Below, piece by piece: positions 25,596 through 39,361 of a stretch of 64,000 nucleotides of DNA. The position numbers were made by a program, and so were the translations under genes. How positions within the stretch are numbered: position 1 is the first letter of the stretch; each line of letters opens with the position of its first letter. Origin of the DNA: Hydrolagus colliei (lineage: Eukaryota); contig CM068755.1 in NCBI GenBank assembly GCA_035084275.1, positions 4,960,001 through 5,024,000 on the forward strand. Reading direction: 5' to 3'. The notes under the pieces are model-generated. The model had not been told where the DNA came from. It did not search any database and worked only from the letters and a program-made list of their open reading frames with translations.

Positions 25596-25849
25596 TAGTG
25601 GGTGTGAAGCATTCTTGTCACCCAAACAATCGTTTTATGGCTACGGAAATTGTCTGTGTGGAGCACAACCCCTTTTAAGGTTGCCCACAAGACTGGGAAG
25701 CATCAGCAACACAAAACTATTCATTGGTTAGCACTTTCATATAGTGTTAAATGCAGTCAATCCAATTCTGTCAAGCTCTTTGAGACAACAACAAGTTGCA
25801 TTTATTCAGCTGCCTTCACGAGAGGAAGCGACAGGAGGACTTACAACAC

Positions 25850-26910
25850 AGAAAGCAGAGAGTTGTAGTGAGTGGCTGTTTTTCAGAAGTGAGCAGTGGT
25901 GTGCCACATGGATCGGTTTTGGGACCATTGCTCTTTGTAATCTACATCAATGATCTGGACTTGGGTGTAGGGAGTACAGTTTCCAAGTTTGCAGATGACA
26001 CTAAGTTAGGGAGAATAGTAAATAGTGAGGAGGATAGTAGCCATCTGCAAGAGGATATAGACAAATTGGTAAAGTGGGCAGACACATGGCAGATGAAGTT
26101 TAATGCAGAGAAGTGTGAGGTGATGCATTTTGGGAGAAGAAATGAAGGGAGTCAATATAGGCTAGATAGTACAATTTTAAATGGTGTGAAGGAACAGAGA
26201 GACCTGGGGATTTGTGTCAGTGACTCGTTGAAGGTGGCAGGACAGGTAGACAAGGCTGTTAAGAAGGCATATGGGATACTAGGCTTTATAAATAGGGGTA
26301 TAGAGTACAAAAGTCAGGAAGTGCTGACGAACCTCTATAAGACTTTGGTGAGGCCTCAGCTGGAATACTGTGTTCAATTCTGGTCACCACACTACAGAAA
26401 GGATGTGAAGACATTGGAAAGGGTACAAAGAAGATTTACTAGGATGGTGCCAGGATTGAGGGACTTCAGCTATGAGGAGAGGCTAGATAGGCTAGGGTTA
26501 TTCTCTCTGGAGCAGAGAAGATTGAGGGGAGACCTAATAGAGGTTTATAAGATCATGAGGGGTTTCGACAGGGCAAATAGAGAAAAACTATTTCCACTTG
26601 TGGGCGAATCTGTGACTCGTGGTCACAGATTTAAAATAGTTTCAAGGCGAAGTAGAGGGGAGCTGAGGAGAATTTTTTTCACTCAGCAAGTTGTTTGAAT
26701 CTGGAATGCATTGCCTGAAAAGGTGGTGGAGGCTGATTCGATAACAACTTTTAAAAGGGAATTAGATCTTTATTTAGGGAGAACAGGTCTATTAGGCTAT
26801 GGGGAGCGGGCAGGGCAGTGGGATTGAATCGCTCTTTTCAAAGAGCCAGCACAGACTAGATGGGCCGAATGGCCTCCTTTTGTGCCGTAAAATTCTATGA
26901 ATCTATGAAT
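25850..26910 (+). mobile_element. CR1-clade LINE, 5'-truncated, same young family as 1-901
   Basis: QRVVV..SGVPHGSVLGPLLFVIYINDL..SKFADDTKL RT motifs; premature TGA at 26696-26698; terminal ttctatgaatctatgaat octamer-type tail. Confidence 0.96.
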
Positions 26911-26911
26911 C

Positions 26912-27045
26912 TCAACCACGTGATAAGGCCCTTATCACGTGGTTGATAAGGGCCTTATCAACCACGATAAGGTTGATAAGGCCTTATTGTGGGCCTTATC
27001 AACACGATATTGATATTATTATTATCAATATTATTGATAATATTA
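26912..27045. repeat. Cluster of overlapping palindromes at the CR1 3' junction
   Basis: 17-bp arms 26912-26946, 14-bp arms 26938-26966 and 11-bp arms 27020-27042, each with a 1-nt spacer. Confidence 0.9.
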
Positions 27046-28487
27046 TTATTATTTTCATTATTATAGCTCCGAGTTCACTCAGAGTGAAGGTTCCACTCTG
27101 TGTGACTCAGTATCACATTGGGCCATGGTTTCACCATCTTGATCCTTGAGGGCACCTTCAGGATGATAGCTGAATGTTGACTTTAATCACAGACTTAGGT
27201 TTCCCAGGTATCAATTATTCTGTATAAAACCCATGATTTTCAGGCTTATTAACAAGTTACCAGTTAAAGCCAATTATCTGTCTCTTGTTTTTTTTAAAAA
27301 ACGGGTTCCTATCTACCAATTTACTCCATCTGAAAGGAAATGGAATGGCCCATCAATGGCCATGAATATACACTGTGTAACTTCAAAGAGAACTATCAAC
27401 TCTTCAATCTCCAATTATAGAGGCATTGTGATCGGGGAAAGTGGCCTGGACATAGCTTATCACGTCTGTAAATAGAGGTGCATGCAATGGGGTGACCTGT
27501 GATAATCTTGTGTACATGGAGTTTTGGTAGTTTTCAGAGCCCGCTAGAAGGTATTAACTGGAAAGCTGGAGTATGGTAATGAGGCTAGGCTCTTTGTGAT
27601 GGCTCAGTGGGTTAAATTCATACATGGTGTAGTAACAAGTCACAAGGTCCAGGAAAGCCCCTGGTGAAATCCCTGCCTTGTGCTGAGAGGTTGATCTTAA
27701 AGATACTTCCCACGCTTGATCTAATGCCATCATATCGAAACACCCCATTTGCTGAGTATCTGTGAACCCAACATACACTGAGATTTGAACCTGTGACTTT
27801 CAGGTTGAGTAGGCTGAATACAGCTGCACACAATGTTTTTACCCACTAGGCAACAATTAAAAACAAATAAAATTACAGCGCCTTTCACGTCAGGAGGCTG
27901 TCCCAAGGTGCTGGAATAGTCAGTGTTTCGAACCCGAGCTGGGGTCAGGATTGAGGAGGGTGGAGGGAAGTGGGAATGACTGATGGCGCAGTTGAAGAAG
28001 ACGGTCTTGAGGTGAGACTTGAAGGAGGCTAGGGAGTAGGCGAGGCATGTGGCTCAGTTTTGTTGACATTCAACAGTAGAAAGTTAGCTCTCATGCAAGA
28101 TGTGATGTCCGATAGGTCAGTCTGTTAGCCACTTATGAACATTTCATAGAATATACTTTAAAGTGATTTGACTGTATATTTTGTAGGTTTTAAAGTGGAA
28201 ATCGAAGGTGGATAGATAGGGCATTGGGATAGGGTCAGGTTGGCAATTACTTTTTTTGTAATGATTGAAGCTTTGGGCAATTGAAGGGCAAAGGAGCAAA
28301 AGGCTAACTGTTAGATGTACGAGGAATGTCTGCTTATTGAGAGAAGTGAATCATATACAGTACCTACCTGATTATGAGTATTAACAGACTTTCCATGGAC
28401 TTTTCTGAATTTTCGTAGTTGTATATGGTACGAAACAGGCCATTCAGTCCAACTATACTCTGCCAATATTTACATCCCACACAATGC

Positions 28488-28940
28488 ACAGTCAATTCAC
28501 TTTACACTAACAGTAATAATAATCATGCATTCGATATAGTGCCTTATTACGTCTTCTTGACGTCTCAAAGCACTTTACAGAATATAGCGTAAAGTGAAAT
28601 GACTATGAAATACGGCAGCCAATTGCACACAGCAGTGTCTCACAAACAATCATGGATTCAGTGACCAAATAATTTTTCATTATTACCCCCAGAAAATCGA
28701 TCTAACAATCACTAACAGTTAGGTGCCTACTTGCCTCCGAGTCTAGGTAAATAGAGATATGTGGAGTAAGGAAACTTGCCCAATATTTTGCCCTGCCGGG
28801 AATCAATCCCAGGTCCACTAGTTGGCTTGGCTAGTGTTCTAACCACTAAGCTTCAGGACAGTATATTCTGTGAAGTGCTTTGAGATGCCTCAATGATGCG
28901 ATAAGGTACTGCATCAAATGCAAGGATTGTTATTATTATT
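28488..28940. mobile_element. Minus-strand subfamily B SINE (about 28510-28860) nested inside a plus-strand SINE tail
   Basis: cagtcaattcactttaca | insert | cagtatattctgtgaagtgctttgag restores the consensus tail when the insert is removed. Confidence 0.78.
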
Positions 28941-29393
28941 CCCTATTTTGTTAAGAGCTTCTCCTAACATCCTTAACACCCTAAGGTTTCCCCGTTTGGT
29001 TACGAGCATTCACCCGAGCATTGACTAACCTTGAGTTAAACTTTTTAAGTGCCCTTTTACTCCCATCCCCCAACCTGCTTGATCCCTTTCTCAAATCTCA
29101 AATGAATATCTAATCTTGATGGATTCCATGCTGCTCGCATTTTGCAGTTAACTGTTCAGTTAAGATTAGAGATGCAATTCTATTCTTTGTTGTATTGAAG
29201 GCAGTACAGCAGAGTTAGTATATCTGACCCATTTAACCAGGGTTAATGTTTAATTCATTTTACAATCTGTTAAGTAGTAAAATTCGGTTTGAATGGCAAA
29301 GTTTATATTAACACATGGACGGTTCAGTGCTGAGTTGGCTGATCTGAGATGGGCCCCTCCACTCCTCTGCATCCCCCTACCTCTCTGACATCC

Positions 29394-29421
29394 TCAATCA
29401 ATCAATCAATCAATCAATCAA
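29394..29421. repeat. (TCAA)7 microsatellite at the end of an antisense L2 tail
   Basis: Direct reading. Confidence 0.9.
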
Positions 29422-30014
29422 AACTTATATTTATATAGCGCCTTTCACGTCGCGAGGACATCCCAAGGCACTGTACAGTCGGGTAGGGACAAGAGCAGAT
29501 GGTGGGGTTTAAAGATGGTGGGGGCTGTGGATGGTGGGGTTGAGGCTTGCTCATATTCAGTCCCTGACCAAGATTGTTTCACTTCTGCCACATTATCCCG
29601 CCTCCCATTATTTTTACACCAAAATCCTCGTTCAGACCTTTTCAAACACAGTCATCACCGATTTCGTTGGTCCCACCATCCATAAACACAGCTGATCCAA
29701 TCCTGCACAACATTGCTCACCAGGCTCCACTGACTCTCTGTCTCACAGATTACCTCCAAGGTCCTCGGCCTGCACCCCTAGCCCACTGCACATCTTTCCC
29801 CCCTTACTCCATCCCTTTGCACTACTATCAGTGGCCAAGTCTTCAGCTACAACATCTCTAACCTCTGGAATTTTCTTTACCACTCCGCCTAGCCCCTCGC
29901 GTATCTTGTCTGAATCCCATCTTAAAACCTACCTCTTCAACTGTGCCAATGTTACTTCCCTGTACCCTTCTGAAATGTTATCCGATGCAAAAGATGCTAC
30001 ATTAAGGCAAGTTG

Positions 30015-30185
30015 GTGTTTGTATGTGGGTGTGCGTGTGCATGCAATGAGTGTTATGGGTGTGTATTTTGTGTGTGTTATATGTGTGTATGTATTGTGTT
30101 TAGTGTGTGTGTGTGTGCGTCATGTATGTGTTTATGTATGTTGTATGTGTGTATGCTGTGTGTGTGTATGTGTGTGTGTGTGTGA
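30015..30185. repeat. Degenerate (TG)n tract
   Basis: Direct reading. Confidence 0.9.
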
Positions 30186-33100
30186 AGAATGACTTCTCAG
30201 ACCAATTAATGATGGTAGTCAGTGACCCTGGCACCATACTCCAGCATAAGTCAGCATTTTTAGGAGAGGGACATGAGAGACATTTCCCAGGCAGACATGA
30301 CATTGAATTACATGGAGATGAGATCACTTATCTGTAAAAAAACCCTGCCTTGGGAATGCTCCCCTGTTCAACTTCCCGTCTCCTTCTCCAACTCCCCCAG
30401 ACATTAGGGAAATGGGAATTTTTCCGATTTAATTTATCATGAGCCGACCCACCACAACCACCCCCAATCCTCACCCCCTAGAATACAGGTTGCTTTGTGA
30501 CAAACTTAACTCCCAGCAGTTAGAGAGATGTTTGCTTTCCAAACACTCGGGGAGAATGTTTCTTGTAACTTTTTTTCCTCCCTTTACTTTCACACCTAAC
30601 CACCCACCCCCCTCCACACACACACACACACACACACACACAAAGAAAGCTGCTGGGACCATCTCTCATTGAGAGCCCGAAATTTATAAAGAGCTGGGAC
30701 AAAGCGGCAGTGAAGACGAGCGCTGTGACCTCACGCCGTGTGTTACAAGGAGTCCTGGACCTTGCTTCTCACAACCAACAACTACAGCCACTGTTTCAGC
30801 AACTGAAGGTGAAATGCGAGAAAGCTCCGCACTGTGGGAGCTGCCACATTAGGCAGACACAAGGAACACAAGACCTGTTGCCTCAGCTGGGAGGGTAAGG
30901 ATTACAGACTGGGCCAGATCAAGCTACGGCCCCTGTCAAATGGAAGGTGATTAATTACTGTGCAACTGAGCTGCCACTTTGATATGGTCTGCTGAAAGTT
31001 TGCAGACTGCCAGGGCATTCAACGACGGGAGAGTGATGATGTGTTCAGAGGCTCGGGCAGTTAGAGGGGAGGAAATGATTGGGAAAAGGCAGAAAGATCA
31101 GCTCAAAATGGGCGATGGGGAAGGAGGGTGTGTGGGCAACGGTAATTCTGTCGTTTCCAACTTTCTATCCTCGTTACCACTCTCAGCTTCACTGCACTTT
31201 GCACTGGTGCCGAATGTTCACTTTGGTTGTTGTTATTCATTCCCCTCTTTGACCGTACTTATTCATACTGTACGTTCAGTACCTTGGGATGTCCTCCCGA
31301 CGTGAAAGGCGCTATACAAGTGTAATTTTGTTGTTGTTGTTGATATGGCCTCCGTTCTTCTCCTGACTCATTGTCCAACTCTGCTACTATTCCATTTGAA
31401 GGGTGTTACATAAAACCAAGTTATTGTAATTGTTTACGGCATGTTGCTGGCACACATTAACTGGTGTGTTTGCCTATGCCACAACATCTGCTTTCAGTTT
31501 GTATCAGTTATATTTTGCAAGGCTCTTCGAGATGTTCGTTATTATTAACGGTTCAACTGGGTGAGTGAGGTGATAGTGGGTGGAAGGATCTCTATCATGT
31601 GCTCACACAAATATCAGAGGAGATATTGGTGAATGAGCAGGAGTGAGAACTTCAAATAGTGATCAGAAGCTGGAAATTCCATCTAGTCTCAGCCCCGAGT
31701 CTATTCTTTCAGAAACTGTAACACTTATCACGATCTTTGCAGATGAAACCAGGATGGTAATTAGAGGAACATAGGAATTACTAGAAAAGACTAAGGTCCA
31801 TCTAATTCATGTTCTATCATCCTAGTAATCACCTAGTAATCATCAATATGGAATCCTGTAGCGGTAGCATATTAGTTAGAGGATCTAGGTCCGATTCACA
31901 GGGAGGGCAAAGGTTTCCTCACTCCATATTCCTCTGTTCACACAGCAGTAACTAGGAACCAGGATGTGTGGAATAATATCAATGGAAAATGGTAAATATG
32001 TTGATTTTCTGTTAAATCTCAAATCAAAGCATAAACTGGGCTGATCAAAGATTTGTTTCAAGGCAGACCTGGTTGAAAACGTCCGTTGATTGCCCGATCC
32101 AGAACTTTAATAAAGACTAACAAAGGACACACATTCCAGGGGAAGGTACACCTGTTGCGATTATTGAGGGATGAGGGATGTTGTCAGCAGGATGGTAGGG
32201 ATTTGTGCAATGCTGTGGGTCTGCTCACGCCATCAATCATTCTCTTCGCTTTCGGGTTAGCTGCTGGGTCGCTGCTAATTCACTCTGTCAAAACTCCTCC
32301 GTCAAATGTGTTGTGTTGTATCATAATTGCCATGCTGACCCTCCACTGCAGTGCTGGCGGGGGGAAGGACTACATTGTCAGAGCTGCCATCTTGCAGATG
32401 TGATGTTAATCCAAGGTTCTCCCTGCCTATTCAGATGAATGTTAAAAGACCACACCAACCAGTGCAGTTACTATTAGAACCTTTGGGAGAGCAGGAAACT
32501 GACTCTAAATTGATGCCATTTAAACTTCATAATAATAATTCTTACACTTGGTGTAGCTAGCACCTTCCGTATTAGGAGGATGTTTCAAAGTGCTGTACAG
32601 GATCCACTGTAAATTGTAGTGAATTTTGTTTTTGTGTCGGGAAGCAAGGCAGTCAACTTGTACCTAGTGCTAATCCACAAACAGCCATGGAGCAAGTAAT
32701 CGATTAATCTTGGGGATTGTTGATCCAGGACACCAGGAGAGAGAATCTCCCTTGTTTTTCTCAAATGGTGCCATTGGAGCCTTTAGCGTGTGAGGCCAAA
32801 AGGGCCTCAGCTTAACATCTCGTCTAGAGGATAGAACCTCAAACAGTGCTGCACACCCCCACTAGTGAACAGGGTTTGCTTGAGTCTAGGTCTACAAGCT
32901 CCCTCCAGTAATCCGCTTAAACCCATAGCCATGTGTGCTCTCCATTCTAATGAAAGAACTATTCCGAAATAGTTAATTCTGAGTCGCTCGTTTTTTTTCC
33001 TACCATTTGGAGCGATCGCTCTTAAAAATATTGACACAACGTTTAATATCAACAAGGCCGCTTCCCAGAATTGCTGCTGATGCATTATATAGATCTACTG

Positions 33101-33620
33101 CCATGGCTTTGATGTAGGTGTTATTAAAAGACTTTGCCCTTAAGAGGATTTGTAGCTGAATTACCGTCTTGTTAAATATGACTAATTTTCCAGCTCCTAT
33201 GTTGGCCTGATGGCTAAAAGCACCGCCCAATGCAGTGTGAGTCAAAATAGGTGCGAGATTCAATCTGGGGCATCTCTGACCTGTTTCATTCCCCCACCAT
33301 ACTACCAGCTATTCAGACCCCGCTCACTGGAACTCCATCCCAGAGTCCTAGCTGTTCCCCTTTCTCCCCACCTTCGAAGACGACCCACCTCGAGACCACC
33401 ACACTTCCGACACTTCTGCCCACCCACCCAAAAAGACACCCAACCCTCCTGGTAAGAGAGTAGGAGCAATAAAAATATTAGTCACTGCTGATGAAAGCCA
33501 CTGATCTGGTTTCTGAGTACAGTTTGTAAATACATTACTGGGGGGTAGTTTTATTGATTGCTTAACGTGTTTCTGAATGACTGTCCCTAACCAAATGGAA
33601 GACTTTGAAGTCTACAGGGT

Positions 33621-33935
33621 ATAATAAGAATAAGAATAATCCTTGCATTTGATATAGCACTTTTCATATCTTATCGACATCTCAAAGTGCTTCACAGAAT
33701 ATACTGTAAAGTGAATTGATTGTATATTTGTGGGTGAAACGCAGCAGCCAATTGCGCACATCAGTGTCCCACAAACCAGTGTCCTGTGATTGAAATGACA
33801 AATTTAATTATTGTGGGTTTTTTGGAAGGATTATTATCAGGTGTGTGGAGTAAGGAAATTTGCCTAAGGTTTCGCCCTGATCTACCTAGATTCAAACACA
33901 GGTCTCAGACGAGCGCTCTAACCACTGAGCTACAC
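33621..33935 (-). mobile_element. SINE family A, near full length
   Basis: Tail, core and head match the other copies. Confidence 0.88.
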
Positions 33936-34654
33936 AGCCAATTTCAAATACAGTAGTGAGCTGCTTCTGGCTTCAGTATTCACTGACGTATTGTTATGAT
34001 TCTATAATAATTAATAATGATCCTTACATCGGGATTGTTGTTCAGGGCATTCTGATTTTAAGGTAGTTCTCAAGAAACTGACTTCCAAATTAGGGTTGAA
34101 TTGAAGAATGTTTTCACAGTTCTATATATAAAATCTTACAGCTGAGACCATGAGAGATTTGAAATCAAACGAATCACAAATCCATTTGAAGGCGGGGATA
34201 CGTGGTGGTTTTGTGGCTTGTTTGTTGGTGGTGTGTTAATACATAATTCACACTGATCTGATAGAACTTGGAGAGACGATCTGAGAAATGCAGAGAAAGT
34301 AAGCTTCACGCCTGTCCAGCCAGGGCTGATGTACTTTGTTGTTTCCAATGAAAGGCTTGCATTCATATCCAGTCCAACACAAATGTACTGTATTAGTCCG
34401 CCAGACTCTGCGTGGCGTCCTAGGCGAGACATCAAATCAGGAGATCAGGAGGGAGTTTTCCACACAGCACTTTTTAACCCTGTTTCAGAATGAGTGACAC
34501 TGGCATTTTCCCAGCTTTTATTGCATATCGTTGCATTTTCCTGAGAAGCTGCTGGTGGGGACCATCTCTTTAAACCCCTTCAGTGTTTGTGTTGATGGTC
34601 CTTCGACCCAGCATTAATGAAGGAATGGGATGACCTATTCAGGCTGATAAAAAT

Positions 34655-34968
34655 AATACTAATAATTAATCCTTGCATTTGATATAGCATTTTTCACGTC
34701 ATTGAGACGTCTCAAAGCGCTTCACAGAATTTATTGTAAAGAGAATTGACTGCATGTATGTGGACAAAACGCGGCAGCCAATTGCGCACAGCAATGTCCC
34801 ACAAACAGTAGTGGATTGAAATTACCAATTTGTTATTGTTTGTTTTTGAAGGAATATTATTAGATGTGTGGAATAAGGAAACTTGCCAAAGTTTTGCCCT
34901 TCCTAGAATTCAACCAAGGTCTCTCGTTTTTAAGGCAAGTGCTCTACCCACTGACCTACAGAACTACA
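34655..34968 (-). mobile_element. SINE family A, full length
   Basis: Tail, core and head match the other copies. Confidence 0.88.
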
Positions 34969-35068
34969 CCAATGTACTGATACCACAGATATTTAATAGG
35001 TGCCACAAATGTGGCATCTTTAGCAAAATACTTACTGCAAATAGTGTTGTGAGGTCTTTAAATTGAAA

Positions 35069-35366
35069 ATAATAATAATCCTTGCATTTAATGTAGCTCT
35101 TTTCACATTTTCTAGCATCTCAAACCTCTTCACAGTATATACTGTAAGATGAATTGACTGTATATATGTGGGTGAAACATGGCAACCAGCAGTGTACAGC
35201 AGTGTCCCACAAACAGTCGTGGATTGAAATGACCAATTTAATATTGTTTTGGGGGGCATTATTATCAGGTGTGTGGTGTAGAGAAACTTGCCAAGGTTTC
35301 GCCCTGCCTTGAATTGAACTTAGGTCTCTCGCTTGTAAGCTTTAACCACTGAGATACAGGACTCCA
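35069..35366 (-). mobile_element. SINE family A, full length
   Basis: Tail, core and head match the other copies. Confidence 0.88.
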
Positions 35367-38300
35367 TCTCCTGTACTTGCAGCTAGTTAGACTGGTGGGA
35401 CCTCGGCTTAATAACCTATCTGACAGACAGCATCTCTGACAATGCAGTGCTTCCCCCAGCACTGCATCAGATGGAAACGTTTGTGGAGTAAACTGATGAG
35501 AATCTCTGGCAGTCATGAAGAAAAGACTTTCAAAACCGTTCCACCATTTAAGAGTTGCTGCTATTCCTATTAGAAACTAATCCCATGAATAAAAAGTGGT
35601 CACTGTTCTTTAGACTGGGCACTGTGTAACGCAAGCCAATTCAGGACTCGTACATTACACAAAACAATCCAATTGATTTGGTTTGAAGCAAAGTGGCTTC
35701 CAGATAGCGTTTTACATCTGTGATGTTGCAACATCTCCCCATTCACAAAGGTATCCGTGAACTTTGACACCTCCCAACATCAGTAGGGATACCGGTCATA
35801 CATTATCATGTTCGGACTCTGTGCCCTCTATTTGGATAGCTGCAATGTGAACTGCAGTTAAATTGGACAAGACCAGTCGTGGGGGGACAGTTAAAGGCAC
35901 TAAGAAAGCTCCGGACCTGACATTCACAAGCCCCTGTAACGTCGCTCTCACAAACTGTAAACTCATCAGAATGTGACCTTGTAACTGTTACTGCCACCCG
36001 TCTGTTATCCACAATCCATTCTGTACCCAATGTAATCTATTGGATACAAATATCTCTTTTGCAATGCAGAATGCCACATATTGGTTTGTGTTTTGCTTAG
36101 ATCAAAGATCAAGGAACCCAATGATTATATTGGATTTGCTACCTGTCCTGGTCTCTGGGTTTCGAGCGGTCAGCTGAGTTAGTCAGCCACCTGAACTATT
36201 GTCAAGGTATTAAATAAAGGACAGTTTTCAACAATATTTATACAATGCACTATGTACTGGTAGTGTCTTGGAGAGATTCACAGTAGCAGAGCTCCTCTAG
36301 TATCACTTTATCAAAAGATTGCTAATGTTAGCAATTAGCAATCTAACAAGTAATAGACCCTGATAACTTGCAGTTGTGTTCGAATAAATTTGCTAATTTG
36401 TGGTTATGAAGAGCATAAACCCCAAATAATTTTTAATTGTTTAACCTTTTTTCCAATTGTAAAACTCGAGTTACATTATTACACATATCCTGAACTGGGC
36501 TATCTGTAGTTCAGTTAAGAGCTGCTCTGAAACAGGTTATCCTGGATGTGTGTAAGATCCTTCTTTATATGTCGACCAACAGGAGATTGATCTGTCATTT
36601 TGAACTGTACTGTATTGATAATGTTAACTGCAATGGGAAACTCAAACTTTCAACTCCAGCAGTCAGAACTATCTGATTCACTGACAGGATAATCGGTTCC
36701 AAGATTAACGCGTTTAGTTTGTGCCCAGCATTAGGTTCTCATCCCAATATCATGTAGCCATCCTTTGGGTGAGACATTAAACTGAAGTCCTGTCTGCCTA
36801 TTCAAGTGGATCTTAAAGATTTTATGCCAGGATTCAAAAGTGAAGGGAGTTTCACCTTCAGTCCTGGCCAACAATCCCCCAAATAAAACTAATCATCCTC
36901 TGATCAACCGCTTGTGGGACACTGCAGGATAGAAAGGAGCTGAAGAATATGCAATCATTACATTTCACAATAAAATCCTGTTAAGCACTTTGAGATGTTT
37001 CGATGAAGTAATATGCCTGATTGCAAAAGCATCAGCCTCTGAATCCAGTGGAAAAACACAATAGTATCCCTAAATAATATCCCTAAAACTTTCTTAGAAT
37101 GCGAATCGCCATTGTTTTTACGCAAACTCCTTCAACAGAAAAAAATAAGTGAATACTCTTTTGGGAGCCTTTTAACAAAAGCTCAACATTATCCTCAAAG
37201 CTCTCACTCGGTTTGTCTGTTTTGGTGAGTGCGACCCGCATTGCCTCCAGGCTTAAAAGTTGAAATGGATTTTGCGTAGGTTAATTTTTGTGAGAAAGGA
37301 AGAGCTCAGAGGCTGGAGAGACCACTGAAAAGAATGCGGTGCAGTAATATATGTTGCTGATGAATAGGCCTCTAAACCCAGCAGCATTAAGATGTGTTGG
37401 ACAAGGCCATCTGAGTTTGATTTTATGCTTTGAAGGGGTGTTATTAGTGGGTACCTGTATTAGATTACGCACAGCCCCAAGCTATCTCCATTTCTCCACA
37501 TAAAGCGCATGGAAATTGGTGTCGGTGCAGAAAGCTTTGATTTCTTATCAGATCTGGGGGGGAAAAAGAGGCCTTTACAATATGGGCTGATGTATAAATT
37601 ATTCCTGGCTCCCTCGGAGAGGAAAGAGGATTGGATGGCGTATACAGTATTGGGAGGTCCGCCCTGGAACTCAAGCTGAGCCTGGCTGCAAGGTTAGGAA
37701 CCTTTGCCCTCTGGAATTCTGCCCTCCGACCCCCACCATCATTAATCATGATGTGCCAAATGACAATCATTCATCATGGAGACGACGGGATGTGAGCAAG
37801 GAGCTGAGGGAGGGCACAGGGGGATGTGAGCTGGGTATCGCTCTCACATTGTCACCTCTCCAGGTGATTCTTTTCACCTTCCGATTTCAAACTCTTCTAT
37901 TTAAAAATGCAGCACACATCATTCCAATTTTATTCTCTCCCCCACACCCTCTCCTTCCCCCCTCCCCGTCCCAACTCCTCCTCCTGCCAATTTCCCACAA
38001 AATTATTTGGCCTTGCCTGCAGCTTCCTCCCCGTTCTCCCTTCTCCCAGTCAGATACTCTCCAGCTGAGAGTATCTGACTCCATTCCTACCCCCCCACCC
38101 CCAACACACACAGTTGCCCTCCAGTAGTATGGCCCCTATCTCAGAATGAATGGGACACTGGTGAGCCTGGTCAGTGAGTGTCAGGAGGCTGTTCAACTAA
38201 TGCAGCATCACATTTGAGCCAATCAGTCACAACCGAGGCAAAAGCACAGGGCGTTTTCAATGAAATAGATCAATAATAATAGTTACAGGTCAATATAAAT

Positions 38301-39339
38301 AGTCATTCTTACATTTGATACAATAACCTTTTGCATCAGGATGACATTGTGAACCAATTTACTGGATAGAAGTCTGTAAAGTGTAGTGACTGTATTTGTA
38401 GATAAACAAGACAATCATTTTTTACACAGCAACGCCCAACAAACAGTCATGAAGTGAATGGCTAAGTTTGTTTGAGGGGATTATTGGCCAGGACATCAGG
38501 AGAAACTCCCTTTGCTTGGAAACTCCCTTTCCAGGTGATCTTTAACATCCACTTGAACAGGCAGATGAGACCTCGTTTGTGCACCACTACCAACCACAAC
38601 AAAATTACATTTATAGAGCGCCTTTCATGACAGGAGGACATCCCAAGGCACTGAACAGTCAGGTCGGGAATACGTAATATATAACGCAATGCAACCACCC
38701 CCTAGTACCCATCCTAAGGATGGCATCTCTGTCACGTTGCCATAATGGGGAAGTTGATACAGAGTTCAGTGAGCCAAATGGCCTGTTCCCAACACAAGTA
38801 TTATTGTACTCTTAGGTATATCGCACCCAGAGGTCACAGAGTACAGGAGAGCATCTACTGTACTTGTCTGAAGCGTTGTGTGGTTACAACGTAGTTAATT
38901 ACAACATAGATTCATTCAGTGATGGAGCCTTTCTATCCATTCCCCCCCACCACCCCTCCCCTTCCTTGCTTCTGGCAGGACAGATGTTTATCAGCTGTGA
39001 GAGGCTGAAAGGTTTGTCCAGTTCCAATAACTCTCCTGACAGGCCCATTAGTTTCCATTCACCCTCTGTAAATCCAATCAACATTTGCAAAGTGAAGAAA
39101 CAGACGGGCTAATATAAACTGCTTGAGAATGGGCTCCAAGGCCAAGCCTAATTAAATTTCCTTCTTTCTCTCCCTCTTCTGAGTCCATTTGAGCTGGTGA
39201 TCGATTGATATGTTTTGATGCATAAACGAGCTACGCTGTCGTATTAATTATTTATTAACGCTATCGATTTCACTCTTTAAAACTGACTTTGTGAGAGGAT
39301 ATGGCAAACAGCAGGTCAGTGGTGGCAGTAGTAAGGGCT

Positions 39340-39361
39340 GGGGGGGGGGGGGGGGGGGGGG
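39340..39361. repeat. Poly-G run (22 nt)
   Basis: Direct reading. Confidence 0.95.

Noticed and set aside
26912-27005. CRISPR-like or operator array
   Set aside because: No regular repeat-spacer period, the context is eukaryotic, and the units derive from a SINE tail.
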